Shown here: positions 1 to 9,930 of the stretch, in pieces | Numbering within the stretch: position 1 is the stretch's first letter | Layout: each line of letters begins with the position of its first letter | Source: Candidatus Woesearchaeota archaeon | GTDB lineage: Archaea > Nanobdellota > Nanobdellia > Woesearchaeales > UBA10216 | NCBI GenBank assembly: GCA_016180065.1 | Contig: JACPBY010000001.1 | Coordinates: 30,633-94,632, forward strand | Length of the DNA stretch: 64,000 nucleotides | Direction: 5' to 3' | Position numbers and translations under genes: made by a program | Notes under the pieces: model-generated | What the model was told of the DNA's origin: nothing | Database searches by the model: none | Seen by the model: the letters and a program-made list of their open reading frames with translations, nothing else

Positions 1-2
1 CC

Positions 3-299
3 CAGCAAAACTTCTGGGTCAAATACTGCGTTTTCAAGGACATAAGGGACAGGGGCTACATAATAAAGACTGCGCTGAAGTTTGGAGCGGACTTCAGGGT
101 GTATGACCGTGGGGTAAAGCCTGGAGAAGACCATGCCCGATGGATATTATACCCTGTCCATGAAGGGGACAAGCTTACATGGCAGGAGTTCTCAGCCAAA
201 AACAGGGTGGCCCACTCAACAAAAAAACGGCTGCTGATAGGCGTTGTGGATGATGAAGGAGATGTCAGCTACTGGGAGTGCCGTTGGCTTCGCCCGTAA
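3..299 (+). CDS. endA: tRNA-intron endonuclease, C-terminal part (truncated by window edge)
   Basis: Frame open from base 3: KYCVFKDIRDRGYIIKTALKFGADFRVY...DHA...RVAHSTKK, the catalytic Tyr/His/Lys region of EndA. Confidence 0.93.
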   Translation, partial: QQNFWVKYCVFKDIRDRGYIIKTALKFGADFRVYDRGVKPGEDHARWILYPVHEGDKLTWQEFSAKNRVAHSTKKRLLIGVVDDEGDVSYWECRWLRP

Positions 300-387
300 A
301 TCTCTCTCTTTTTTCATAAGCTCTGGGCACTCCCACAAACTTAACCTCTGACAAATTATTTAAAACACACGGGCAATTCTTTGTTTT

Positions 388-1458
388 ATGGCAGGTCTGG
401 CAGGAACAGGGAACCTCATAACAGACAGGGTAAAGCAGCTCGTTAGAATGAGAGGGCCGCTGATTCCATCCCAAATATCAAAAGAAATAGGCACAAACAT
501 CCTTATGGCATCAGCCATTCTTTCTGAGCTGTCTTCAAAAGGCGATGTCAGAATATCAAGCCTGAAAATCGGGGGCACACCCCTATACTATGTGCCCGGG
601 CAGGAAGCAAAGCTGCTAAACTACACTTCAGGGCTTCATCCCAAAGAGAAAGAAGCCCTTGAACAGCTTAAAGCCATGGGCGTGCTTAAAGATTCAAGCC
701 TTGAGCCTGCAACCAGGGTGGCAATGCGGCAAATCAGGGATTTTGCCAAGCCTGTAGAAGCAAGCATTGACGGCAACATAACCCTCTTCTGGAAATGGCA
801 CCTTGTGCCGAACGAAGAGGCAGAAGCAGCAATCAAAAAAATGATGGGCACGGCTGAACAAAGTGCTGGCACAGGCGATGCTCCTTTACAGGCTTTTGCA
901 GCATCACCCGCTTCACCATTTGGCGCCCAAGCAATAATTGAAACCGTATCCGGAGCAGAAGCCCAACCAAGCCAGGCGGGCGCACAGGCAGGCATTGCAC
1001 CCTTGCTTTACTCAGTCCAGCAGCAACTAAGGCAACACCCAAACACAGAACAGCTTCACAACAAGCTATCGCCCGCACCAGCCACCAGCACAGCTGAAGC
1101 AACACCACAAAAACAAGGAAAACCCGCCAAGCCAAGGCAAGCCACGGCAGCAACAGAGCTTTCTGAGCTTATTAATGCTTTTTTTACAAGAAACGGCATT
1201 GAAATGGAATCAGAAGTTACATCCAAAAAATCAGAGGTTGAATGCATTATCAGCCTTCCAAGCCCCGTCGGAAAGCTGCGGCACTACTGCGTTGCAAAAA
1301 ACAAAAAAACATGCACAGACGCAGACATAAGCTCTGCGATGGTTCAAGGCCAGATCAGGAAACTGCCTGTTCTGCTCCTAACAAAAGGCGAGCTGTCAAA
1401 AAAAGCCCAGGAGCTGCTGTCAAAAGAGATAGGGGCCATTGTTGTCAAAAAGATATAA
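388..1458 (+). CDS. Conserved hypothetical protein: N-terminal winged-helix-like region, Q/P/A-rich linker, C-terminal alpha/beta domain
   Basis: 356-aa ORF with TTTAAA ~25 nt upstream; HTH-like GPLIPSQISKEIGTNILMASAILSEL. Confidence 0.75.
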   Translation: MAGLAGTGNLITDRVKQLVRMRGPLIPSQISKEIGTNILMASAILSELSSKGDVRISSLKIGGTPLYYVPGQEAKLLNYTSGLHPKEKEALEQLKAMGVLKDSSLEPATRVAMRQIRDFAKPVEASIDGNITLFWKWHLVPNEEAEAAIKKMMGTAEQSAGTGDAPLQAFAASPASPFGAQAIIETVSGAEAQPSQAGAQAGIAPLLYSVQQQLRQHPNTEQLHNKLSPAPATSTAEATPQKQGKPAKPRQATAATELSELINAFFTRNGIEMESEVTSKKSEVECIISLPSPVGKLRHYCVAKNKKTCTDADISSAMVQGQIRKLPVLLLTKGELSKKAQELLSKEIGAIVVKKI

Positions 1459-1483
1459 AAAGCCGCTCATGCCCGCCAGCCAC

Positions 1484-2518
1484 ATGGGAGTCCAGATAAC
1501 AGCACTGCTGCCCGGAAAAGAGGCCAGGCTGGAGGATTTCAGCGGCAAGGTCATTGCAGTTGATGCAGCCAACCATATCTATCAGTTCCTGACCACAATC
1601 AGGGCACCGGACGGCTCATTTTTCACAGATGCGCAGGGCAATGTCACTTCTCACCTGATAGGCCTTTTCACAAGGACAACCCACCTTATGAAGCTGGGCA
1701 TAAAGCCTGCTTACGTCTTTGACGGGCAAGTGCCGCAGCTTAAAAAAACCGAACTGCTAAGAAGGGCAGGGCACAAGGCTGAAGCTGCAGAAAAACATGA
1801 GGAAGCAGAAGAAAAAGGCGATGTTGAAGGGATGAGGAAGTATGCCATCAGGACAACACACCTCACTCCGGAAATGGTCAATGATGCCAAGGAAGTGATA
1901 ACTGCCCTCGGCCTGCCAGTGGTGCAGGCGCCCGGGGAAGGAGAAGCCCAGGCATCACACATCGTTGCCAACGGAGACGCCTTTGCCGTAGCCTCCCAAG
2001 ATGCAGACAGCCTGCTTTTTGGCGCAACAAGGCTGGTGAGGAACCTTTCAATAGCTGGAAGAAGGAAAAAGGCAAATGCCCTCAGCTATGAGCAAGTTGC
2101 ACCTGAGCTTATTGAGCTTCGCGAGGTTCTCTCACAGCTAAACATAAGCCACGAACAGCTCATCTGCCTGGCAATGCTCGTAGGCACAGACTACAACACA
2201 AGGGGCATAAAAGGCATAGGCCCAAAAACAGCCCTTAAACTAGTCAGGGAGCACAAAACACCAGCCGGATTGTTCAATGCCGTAAGCTGGCAAAGGCATT
2301 TCAGCCAGCCATGGCAGGAGGTCTTTGAGCTGTTTGCAAACCCAAACACCAGCAAGGAATACGAGCTTAGGTTCTCCGAGCCTGACAAAAAAAAGCTTGC
2401 CGACCTGCTGTGCGACAAGCATAACTTCTCAAGGCAAAGAGTTGAAAACACGTTGGATGAGCTGGGAGCCGCCTGCACAGCAAGGCAGCAAAAAGGGCTT
2501 GGAGACTTTCTGAAATGA
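1484..2518 (+). CDS. fen: Flap endonuclease 1
   Basis: MGV start at 1484; DAANHIYQFL, VFDG, APGEGEAQA, SQDADSLLFG, GTDYN; C-terminal PIP box QKGLGDF. Confidence 0.97.
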   Translation: MGVQITALLPGKEARLEDFSGKVIAVDAANHIYQFLTTIRAPDGSFFTDAQGNVTSHLIGLFTRTTHLMKLGIKPAYVFDGQVPQLKKTELLRRAGHKAEAAEKHEEAEEKGDVEGMRKYAIRTTHLTPEMVNDAKEVITALGLPVVQAPGEGEAQASHIVANGDAFAVASQDADSLLFGATRLVRNLSIAGRRKKANALSYEQVAPELIELREVLSQLNISHEQLICLAMLVGTDYNTRGIKGIGPKTALKLVREHKTPAGLFNAVSWQRHFSQPWQEVFELFANPNTSKEYELRFSEPDKKKLADLLCDKHNFSRQRVENTLDELGAACTARQQKGLGDFLK

Positions 2519-3351
2519 AAGCAACACTCAAACAGGCGCTGGAGGGAAAGCTGCCCGTCAAATGCCTGCAACAGCCAAGAAGAGCTTTTGACATTATTGG
2601 TGACATAGCCATCATAGAAATTCCCGAAGAGTTAAGGAAAAAAGAAAAACAAATCGCTGCCGCAGTCCCGATTCTGCAAAAAACCATCAAAGCAGTTTAC
2701 AGGAAAGCAGGAGGCCACGAAGGCGAGTTTAGGCTGCAGAAGCTTAAGCACCTCTGGGGAGAGAGGAGGACAGAAACCACACATAAGGAAAACAACACCT
2801 TGCTTAGGCTTGACATAGCAAAAGCCTACTTCTCCCCGAGACAGGCAACAGAGCGGAAAAGGGTTTTTTTGCAGGTAAAAAAGCCCGAAACTGTCCTGGT
2901 CATGTTTTCCGGAGTTGGACCGTTTACTCTCGAAATAGCAAAAAACACGCCAGCAAAGGCAGTTTATGGCATAGAGCTGAACAGAATTGCCCACAAATCT
3001 GCCATTGAAAACGCCAAGCTGAACAAGGTTGAGGACAAAACCTGGCTTTTTTGCGGTGACGTAAGAAAAATAGTTCCGAAACTCAGGCAGAAGTTTGACC
3101 GCATCATAATGCCGTTGCCCAAAGGCGCAGAAAGCTTCCTGGATGTGGCATTTGCAGCAGCAAAAAAAGGCGCAACCATTCACTTTTACGACTTTGAAAA
3201 GGAAGAGGACATACCTCACAAGGCAGCAGAGAAAGTGAGAAAAGCAGCATCGGCAGCGAATAAGAAAATACGCGTACTTGATGTTGCCAAATGCGGCCAA
3301 CTGGCTGCCAGGGCTTACAGGGTGTGCGTTGATTTCAAGGTTGTTGGATGA
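2515..3351 (+). CDS. trm5: Trm5/Taw2-family SAM-dependent tRNA methyltransferase
   Basis: FDIIGDIAI, YFSPR..ER, MFSGVGPF, DRIIMPLP motifs. Confidence 0.88.
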   Translation: MKATLKQALEGKLPVKCLQQPRRAFDIIGDIAIIEIPEELRKKEKQIAAAVPILQKTIKAVYRKAGGHEGEFRLQKLKHLWGERRTETTHKENNTLLRLDIAKAYFSPRQATERKRVFLQVKKPETVLVMFSGVGPFTLEIAKNTPAKAVYGIELNRIAHKSAIENAKLNKVEDKTWLFCGDVRKIVPKLRQKFDRIIMPLPKGAESFLDVAFAAAKKGATIHFYDFEKEEDIPHKAAEKVRKAASAANKKIRVLDVAKCGQLAARAYRVCVDFKVVG

Positions 3352-3851
3352 GAAAACTGCTTAAAGATTGGATAAAGAAAATGTTCGGCAGCCTTTCCAA
3401 CTGGCAGAAATCTGTTGTCTGCTCAATATTATCCGCCCCTTTTGGCTTGGCAGTTTTTCTGGCGGCATGGTCAACACTTTATCTCGCAGACATTTCACCT
3501 TCCGCAGAATGGATTGTTTCAATGCTGATTGGAGCTCCAGTCATAGTTCTTGGCTTCTTTCTCATTGGCGGCATTACGCTTGGCTCGGCGTTGGGATTCC
3601 ATTACGCGGTAAAAGCAGTTGTGGCAAAGGAAAAATTCGCCCTTGCGGCGTTTTTTGCATTACCCGCGCCATTGATAATCTTCATTTATGCTGTCCTTGC
3701 TTTCCCATCCAACAACTTTTCTGGCTCTCCTTTAGCCAATATCAACAACGAGAGGCTTTCTTTTTTGGGCTGGCTAGCAGCACTGTTAATTGCCATGGCT
3801 GCAGCGAAGATTTATAAGCGCATCTCCCCTCCCAAGATGAGCGTGCGATGA
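3348..3851 (+). CDS. Hypothetical membrane protein (~4 TM helices)
   Basis: Hydrophobic segments; start overlaps the trm5 stop (ATGA). Confidence 0.65.
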   Translation: MRKLLKDWIKKMFGSLSNWQKSVVCSILSAPFGLAVFLAAWSTLYLADISPSAEWIVSMLIGAPVIVLGFFLIGGITLGSALGFHYAVKAVVAKEKFALAAFFALPAPLIIFIYAVLAFPSNNFSGSPLANINNERLSFLGWLAALLIAMAAAKIYKRISPPKMSVR

Positions 3852-3954
3852 TCGCGTGAACACCCTCGGATGACCTTCTTAAGAAGAAGGCCAAACGAGA
3901 ATGGCCTTTTTAAGACAAGGTTGATGATGAACGGGAGTAACTGGTGAGCACGCT
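3840..3954 (+). ncRNA. Candidate box C/D-like (K-turn) sRNA
   Basis: Terminal stem AGCGTGC/GCACGCT, C-like GATGATC, D'-like ATGA, inserted hairpin, C' TGATGA, D-like GTGA. Confidence 0.55.
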
Positions 3955-3958
3955 AAAT

Positions 3959-3998
3959 CTTTTTGCTCACTGCAGCTCGCAAAAAGCTTTACCAAAAA
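3959..3998. terminator. Intergenic hairpin with T/A tracts (terminator- or REP-like)
   Basis: CTTTTTGC-N12-GCAAAAAG inverted repeat followed by CTTTACCAAAAAA. Confidence 0.35.
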
Positions 3999-4169
3999 AC
4001 GGCGAAAAAAGGTGCTGGAAAATAGTGACCGCTGCTGCCGCCATCACATTAAGGAAACTGCAGTGCTAAACTGTTTTATTGTTTTGGCCGGCATTTCAAA
4101 AAGTTTATAAACTTGCCTCTCAAGAGTGCGGTCAGGAACTTTTTTTGCAGGCAAACCAAGTGAGATGAA

Positions 4170-4673
4170 ATGCTTTCTGTAAAGGACAAGAGGACTGAGG
4201 ACAGAGCTATTCTTGATGAACAAATCGTTCTAGGTGAGATCAGCCAGGCTCATGCCCTGCTGCAAGACATTCAAAATCGTAAAGGAAGTGATCTTTCGGC
4301 AATTCGGGGCGCGGCTGGGAAGCTCGGGCAAGCGATAGGGCTGCTTCGAGCAGCTGAAGGACGTGCCAAAGACATTGAAAAATGCTCTCTAAAAATTGAA
4401 AAGCACCTTAAGAACATCAGAGCTGTTACTAGCGCAGAAGGGGGGATTATTTCCTCAACCCGTGATATGGTGCGCTATCTTAAATTTACTGAAGCAAGGA
4501 TTGAGGCAGCGTATACTAATAGTTCATCTACTAACTTCTTCAATTCCCCGCTTCTTTTCGATACTCAGTTCTACTCTATCGTGGCTGATGCCGAAAAGAG
4601 GCTTGGCTTAATTATGGCAATGGTTCCGAAGCTCATTGCCCTGGAAAAGCAGGTAGACCAGTGGCTTGCGTGA
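4170..4673 (+). CDS. Hypothetical alpha-helical protein
   Basis: 167-aa ORF; TTTATAAA at ~4104; GTGAG SD-like sequence upstream. Confidence 0.6.
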   Translation: MLSVKDKRTEDRAILDEQIVLGEISQAHALLQDIQNRKGSDLSAIRGAAGKLGQAIGLLRAAEGRAKDIEKCSLKIEKHLKNIRAVTSAEGGIISSTRDMVRYLKFTEARIEAAYTNSSSTNFFNSPLLFDTQFYSIVADAEKRLGLIMAMVPKLIALEKQVDQWLA

Positions 4674-4688
4674 TAGCAACAAATGCCG

Positions 4689-5822
4689 CTACCCGAACAT
4701 CGTGACGTATTCGCGGCTTTCGGCAGCCTCTTCCTTGCTTTTTACCTTCTGAATTGCGCTCAGGAAGTCTTTTGTTTCAACAGCCGTCCTTGATTCCCTT
4801 ATGGCAAAATAGCCAGCCTCTGTGCAGATTGCCCTTATCTCAGCTCCGGTGAAATTCTCGGCCAAGCCAATTATCTTCCCCATGTCAAGGCTGCCTGCAT
4901 TCATGGATTTTGTATGAATCCTGAAAATTTCCTTTCTCGCATCTTTTGCAGGCACAGGGAAATAAATATGCCTCTCCAGCCTTCCAGACCTGATTATTGC
5001 AGGGTCAAGGATGTCCTTGCGGTTCGTGCAGCCTATCACCTTGATATTGCCAAGGCTCTTAAAGCCGTCAATCTCTGCAAGGAGTTGCATGAACGTCCTC
5101 TGGACCTCCCTCTCACCTGACGTTCCTATGTCAACGCGCTTTGCCGCCAAGGCATCAATTTCATCAATGAAGATTATTGTGGGGGCCTTTTCTCTTGCGA
5201 GATGGAATATTTCCTTCACAAGCTTCGCGCCTTCCCCTATGAATTTCTGGACAAGCTCAGAGCCAACAACCTCAATAAAAGTGGCGTTCGTGGCTGTCGC
5301 AACAGCCTTGGCGAGAAGGGTTTTCCCGGTTCCAGGAGGGCCGTGGAAGAGCACGCCTTTCGGAGGGTGTATGCCTACCTGTGCAAACAGCTCAGGCTTG
5401 TTAAGCGGAAGCTCAACAATCTCCCTGACATCCCTTATCTGCTCTTCAAGGCCCCCTACCTCATGCCACTGAACATCCGGCTTTTCCAGAATGACAAACT
5501 TTTCAACAGCAAGCCTTTTTGAAACATTGGCTTTTTTAACGACACTAAGGTTCTTTTGTTCAACATAAACCATGTCCCCCGGCCTGAGCCTGCCGCAGTC
5601 TGAAAGGGCATCAACCAAAAACTGGTTGCCATTAGGCATTTTAATAATGACCTGGCCCACCCTTACTGCTGCAACCTCACAAACCATCAAAGGGGAGCGC
5701 CTGAGCTTCTCCAGGTCATCCTTCATGCCAGCCAGGGCTTCCCTTAGAACGCTGTTCTCTTCTTCCAGCCTGGCAATGGTGTAATCATAAATGACGTTCC
5801 CAAGCCTGTCGTCACTGCCCAC
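4689..5822 (-). CDS. pan: Proteasome-activating nucleotidase (AAA+ ATPase)
   Basis: N-terminal coiled coil/OB region, GPPGTGKT, IIFIDEID, REVQRT, TNR.DILDPA..R.GR; C-terminal MFG (HbYX-like). Confidence 0.93.
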   Translation of the reverse strand: MGSDDRLGNVIYDYTIARLEEENSVLREALAGMKDDLEKLRRSPLMVCEVAAVRVGQVIIKMPNGNQFLVDALSDCGRLRPGDMVYVEQKNLSVVKKANVSKRLAVEKFVILEKPDVQWHEVGGLEEQIRDVREIVELPLNKPELFAQVGIHPPKGVLFHGPPGTGKTLLAKAVATATNATFIEVVGSELVQKFIGEGAKLVKEIFHLAREKAPTIIFIDEIDALAAKRVDIGTSGEREVQRTFMQLLAEIDGFKSLGNIKVIGCTNRKDILDPAIIRSGRLERHIYFPVPAKDARKEIFRIHTKSMNAGSLDMGKIIGLAENFTGAEIRAICTEAGYFAIRESRTAVETKDFLSAIQKVKSKEEAAESREYVTMFG

Positions 5823-5901
5823 AGCACCGCCAACAGCGTCAGCAACGATTTTTGCACACCTCTTAACCTTTTGCCGGCAATAGCTTAACCAAAAACGCCA
5901 T

Positions 5902-7266
5902 TCACTCTACAGACTTTGTCACTTTGACATCCCTGACAAGTATCGGAGGGGTGATGGTTGGGGTTTCAACTTCCCAGCCGAAGACGGCTTCCGAATCTTT
6001 CCCGACTGCAGCAACACCCTTTAAGATGTGCAGGAGGTTATCGCTTATTCTTAACTCCTTGACAGGGCCAACAACTTTTCCATTCTCGATGAGGAAAATG
6101 CCGTCCCTCGGTATGGTTGAAAAATCCCCCGCTTCGTAATTCTGAAACCGCGTATACCAAACATTTGTTATGATAAGCCCGCGTTTCACTTCCTTTATCA
6201 TTTCTTCCTTATTAAAGTTTCCCTTTTCAAAAACAAGGTTGAAAGGCGTCGGGGTCACAAGCCCGGCATTTGCAGTTGTTTTAGTGCCATACCGCCTGGC
6301 AGTGGAGGAGTTATGCAAGTAAGTCTTCAGGATGCCTTTTTCTATCAGGACATTGCGCTGAGTCGGAACCCCCTCCTCATCAAACTGCGCAGAATCAAAG
6401 CCATTGGGCAGAGAGCCATCATCAACCAACGTCACATTTTCGCTTCCAACGCGCTTACCAAGCTTGCCCGCAAGGCATGAAAGCTTTGATTCAACATTGA
6501 AAATTGAGGCAGCCCTCCCAACACTTTCAATAAGGTTGGAGAAAGGAAGCGGCGAAAAGATTATGTCATACGTTCCTGCCTTTGCCGGCGCAGGATTGAC
6601 TGCTTGCCTGGCAATAGCTGATGCAATCTCCGCGCTCCTTTCAGGGGTGAATTTCCTCAAAACCCTCGAATTGCAGACATGATGGCCTGAGGCATATTTG
6701 TCTACAAATGCCCTGATGGAAAAATACGCCTTTGTGCCCCTGTCCTCAGACTCAACGTTGTTTGAGGTCAACAAGTAAGAACTGGAAACGGTTGTTTCAA
6801 ACACCCCCGCAGCCCTTTTCACGCCATTCCTGCTTGCAACACCTATTGCCCCTTTCAGGAGATCCACAGCAGTTTCTCCAAGCTCAGTGATTGCCTTGTC
6901 ATAGGTTTCAGCAATTTCCCTGTAACTGAAAGGCCCTACTGCTATCCCCTCATACTCCTTATTCGGAACAGCAGCAGCCGTGAACTTCAAAATTTTAGAC
7001 ACCGCATCATCAGCTGCAGATTTTGAAATGCTTCTTATGCTCGTGCCCACCAATTTTTTGCCAATGGCAACAAACATGTTCAGCTTGCCAGAATGCCAGC
7101 TTTGGGTTGTAGAAATGATGCTATTGACAAACTTCAGCTGGGTAACTTCCTCATCAATGGCAGAAACAACAACATCATCCGCGCCTTTTTTCTTAAGCTG
7201 CTTCACAAGATAGGCGGCTACAGAATGCGCATCGCCCTGTTCTCCTCCCGCTCCCGCCTTTGGCAT
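5902..7266 (-). CDS. tldE: TldE/PmbA family protein
   Basis: FDEEGVPTQ..LIEKGILKTYLH, TANAG, GDFS, PVKELRISDN; no HExxxH. Confidence 0.9.
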   Translation of the reverse strand: MPKAGAGGEQGDAHSVAAYLVKQLKKKGADDVVVSAIDEEVTQLKFVNSIISTTQSWHSGKLNMFVAIGKKLVGTSIRSISKSAADDAVSKILKFTAAAVPNKEYEGIAVGPFSYREIAETYDKAITELGETAVDLLKGAIGVASRNGVKRAAGVFETTVSSSYLLTSNNVESEDRGTKAYFSIRAFVDKYASGHHVCNSRVLRKFTPERSAEIASAIARQAVNPAPAKAGTYDIIFSPLPFSNLIESVGRAASIFNVESKLSCLAGKLGKRVGSENVTLVDDGSLPNGFDSAQFDEEGVPTQRNVLIEKGILKTYLHNSSTARRYGTKTTANAGLVTPTPFNLVFEKGNFNKEEMIKEVKRGLIITNVWYTRFQNYEAGDFSTIPRDGIFLIENGKVVGPVKELRISDNLLHILKGVAAVGKDSEAVFGWEVETPTITPPILVRDVKVTKSVE

Positions 7267-7283
7267 TTTTTTACCCGTTTACC

Positions 7284-8735
7284 TTAAAAGCTTAGCCTGA
7301 CATTCCTAATCCTGAGGCTTGGGCCTCCAAACCACACAGGAATTGCCTGCATTGGCTCTGCTTTGCCACAGGTTCCGGCATGGTACTCTGTGTTGTCTGC
7401 TGCAGCATCAACAGCGCTCCAAAGCTTAGGGGTTGAAATTTCAATCGTAGGCCTCCAAACCGGCTCTGCAAGCCTCCCATCACGTATCAGGTAAGCTTCT
7501 GCGCCAGTATACTTCGCGTTCAGCCTCTTATCATCAATGTTCCATTCCATAAAGTTCCTGAAATAAACCCCAAGCCTGACCGATTCTATGAGCTCGTCTT
7601 CCTTGTAGCTGCCAGGCTTGAAAACAGTGTTTGCCATCCTGACTATCTGTTCCCTGTCATAGCCTGTAGCCCTTGCAGCACCGTTGCTTTTTGTTTTAAG
7701 AATGGCTGATGTCTCACGGTTATGGAGCAGCCCGCCTATAATTCCTTTTCTGATAAGCCAGCGCTCACTCGCCTTTACCCCCTCATCATCATAAAGATAA
7801 TAGCCGAAGCTGCCAGGGATTGTAGGGTCATCAACGATGTTAACAGCACCAGAGCCAATCGTTGTCCCGACACTGCCCGGATGGAGGAAGGACTCGCCTG
7901 CCTGTGCCGCTTCCCTGCCAAGGACGCGGTCTGCCTCATACGGGTGGCCCACGCTTTCGTGGACCATTATCCCTGTAATTTGCGGGGCAACAACAAGGTC
8001 AACTTTTTCCTTTGGAGGACTAATAGCTTTCTTCATGTTGGACAAGGTTGCCTTAACTTCCCCGGCAAGGAGCTCAGGAAACTTGTATTCATAAATTGTT
8101 TCAAAGCCACCTGCTGCGCCGTATTGCCAATAGCGCTGGGCAGTCCTCCCGGCTTCCTCCACAGTTATGAAATACCAAAAATCAGTTCTGGGAATTTTTG
8201 AAAGAATCCTGCTGCCTTCACTGTTGGCAAAATATTTCTCTGTATAGAAGTCAGACATAGAAAAGAACCTGCCAGGCACGTTTGCCTTTACAGCCTTTAT
8301 TGCTTTCTCAGTGTCAAAAAGGACAGCAAGCTTCTCCTTCGGGCTTAAATCAACAAGCTTAACCCTTTGCTTAACTTCATAACCGGCCTTATTTGTTTCC
8401 TCATCGCTGAACTTCACCTTTTCTCCGATCCGGGAAGCAGCAGAGGTAAGCCTTGCAGCTTTTTCAACAACAGCCCGGACATTTTCCCTTGACAGGCCAT
8501 TGGTGCAGGCAAAGCCAAGCGAGCCTTTCATGACAATCCTTACCCCAATGCCTGCTACCCTGTCAAAGCCCGCAGCCTGAGGAACCCCGTTTTTCAGGAC
8601 AAAGCCGTTGACTGACGTTGCCTCAAGCCGGGCATCGGCGTAACTTGCGCCAATCTTCCCTGCGTAGTCAATGGCAAAATGCGCGAGGTCAAGGTCAAGA
8701 GCATCATCAGGCTTAACTGAAGACTTAGCAGGCAT
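7284..8735 (-). CDS. tldD: TldD metalloprotease
   Basis: HESVGHPYEADR zinc motif, YDDEGV, RMANT, GTCGK. Confidence 0.92.
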   Translation of the reverse strand: MPAKSSVKPDDALDLDLAHFAIDYAGKIGASYADARLEATSVNGFVLKNGVPQAAGFDRVAGIGVRIVMKGSLGFACTNGLSRENVRAVVEKAARLTSAASRIGEKVKFSDEETNKAGYEVKQRVKLVDLSPKEKLAVLFDTEKAIKAVKANVPGRFFSMSDFYTEKYFANSEGSRILSKIPRTDFWYFITVEEAGRTAQRYWQYGAAGGFETIYEYKFPELLAGEVKATLSNMKKAISPPKEKVDLVVAPQITGIMVHESVGHPYEADRVLGREAAQAGESFLHPGSVGTTIGSGAVNIVDDPTIPGSFGYYLYDDEGVKASERWLIRKGIIGGLLHNRETSAILKTKSNGAARATGYDREQIVRMANTVFKPGSYKEDELIESVRLGVYFRNFMEWNIDDKRLNAKYTGAEAYLIRDGRLAEPVWRPTIEISTPKLWSAVDAAADNTEYHAGTCGKAEPMQAIPVWFGGPSLRIRNVRLSF

Positions 8736-8803
8736 AAAAACATCCCCTTAAACAAAACAATTTCACGCAACACAGCAGATATATAAAGTTTATTGGCAAA
8801 AAA

Positions 8804-9880
8804 TTAGCGCGTGACATCAAAACTCCTGACTTGCTCCATAAGCTTTTTTGCCTTTGCATTTGTGCTAAAATGCTGCCTTACGGGCGCGAGCAGCTCGTTC
8901 AGCTTCCCGGCAACCGCGATTTTCAGGTCTGCAGGGTGAACCTTGCCTTCGGAGTACAGAGCTTCAAGCTCGCTGCAGCTGCCGACGCTCAAGTCGCCGC
9001 CGAACTTCTCAGGACGCTTGATTTCAAGCTCTTTAAACTTTTCAAAAATAATGTATTTACAATATTCCAGAACCGGATTTTCATTAACCTGCTTCAGGGG
9101 GCAGTAAGCTTTGCCTATTTTGCGCATAACATCCTCTTCCGAGTCAGTCATGAAAACGGCCGTATCGGGCTTTGACTTTGACATCTTAAGCTCAATCGCC
9201 CTTTCAGTAACGCCCTTAACGTCAGTCCTTGGCTCGCCAAGGCCCATAAGCATATGGTGGCTTACAACAACCGGCTTCCAGAAGCCAAGCTTTGGGCCAA
9301 TCTCCCTCGCAAGTATGTTCACTTTGCGCTGGTCCATTCCAAGCTGGCAAATGTCCGCCTCAAGCTGGAAAATGTCAGCCGCCTGCATGCAGGAATAAAC
9401 AACCATTGATGCCTGCTGCATCTCAGACTCCTTCCTGCCCATAATCTCCCCTGTGCGGATTATGCGCTGAATTGTTGCATTCATGGATATTTGCAAGACC
9501 TTCTTCCAGAAGTCCTGGCTCTTGACCAAATCAGTTGCCCTGACAAACTCAACTTTGCTGAGGTCCATCCCGGCAGCCTTCCAAACCTCAACAAGGTAGT
9601 CCCCACACACCTGAATCCTGTCCAAATCACCACCAAGCTTATTGTTCGCCCAGGCGTGCCAGTCTGCCGCATACATCTTGAACCTGCAGCCTGCCCGTGT
9701 CATCTTGTTGACATTAATGGCTCTCATAATGCCCTGTGCTATGTGAGCCCTTCCACTGGGCTCAAAGCCGTCATAGGCAACAGGATGCTCTTTTGTCTCA
9801 AGAAGGCGCCTCAGTTCTTCGGCCGTAACTATTTCCTCACCAACTTCACCTATTAACGACAGCCTTTCTTCAATATCCAT
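8804..9880 (-). CDS. tyrS: Tyrosine--tRNA ligase (archaeal type)
   Basis: YDGFEPSG.AHIAQ, GMDQRK, KMSKS; start at ATG 9880. Confidence 0.96.
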   Translation of the reverse strand: MDIEERLSLIGEVGEEIVTAEELRRLLETKEHPVAYDGFEPSGRAHIAQGIMRAINVNKMTRAGCRFKMYAADWHAWANNKLGGDLDRIQVCGDYLVEVWKAAGMDLSKVEFVRATDLVKSQDFWKKVLQISMNATIQRIIRTGEIMGRKESEMQQASMVVYSCMQAADIFQLEADICQLGMDQRKVNILAREIGPKLGFWKPVVVSHHMLMGLGEPRTDVKGVTERAIELKMSKSKPDTAVFMTDSEEDVMRKIGKAYCPLKQVNENPVLEYCKYIIFEKFKELEIKRPEKFGGDLSVGSCSELEALYSEGKVHPADLKIAVAGKLNELLAPVRQHFSTNAKAKKLMEQVRSFDVTR

Positions 9881-9930
9881 GCAGGATGCGGCTGCTGCAG
9901 ACGATATAAATCTTTTCATTGCTTGGTCAC

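Noticed and set aside
3932..3942. CGGGAGTAACT resembles large-subunit rRNA sequence near helix 69
   Set aside because: Short, same sense as rRNA, and the flanks do not continue the match; not an rRNA fragment.
4170..8735. RiPP/microcin-type cluster around tldDE
   Set aside because: No precursor peptide, YcaO, radical SAM enzyme or exporter nearby.
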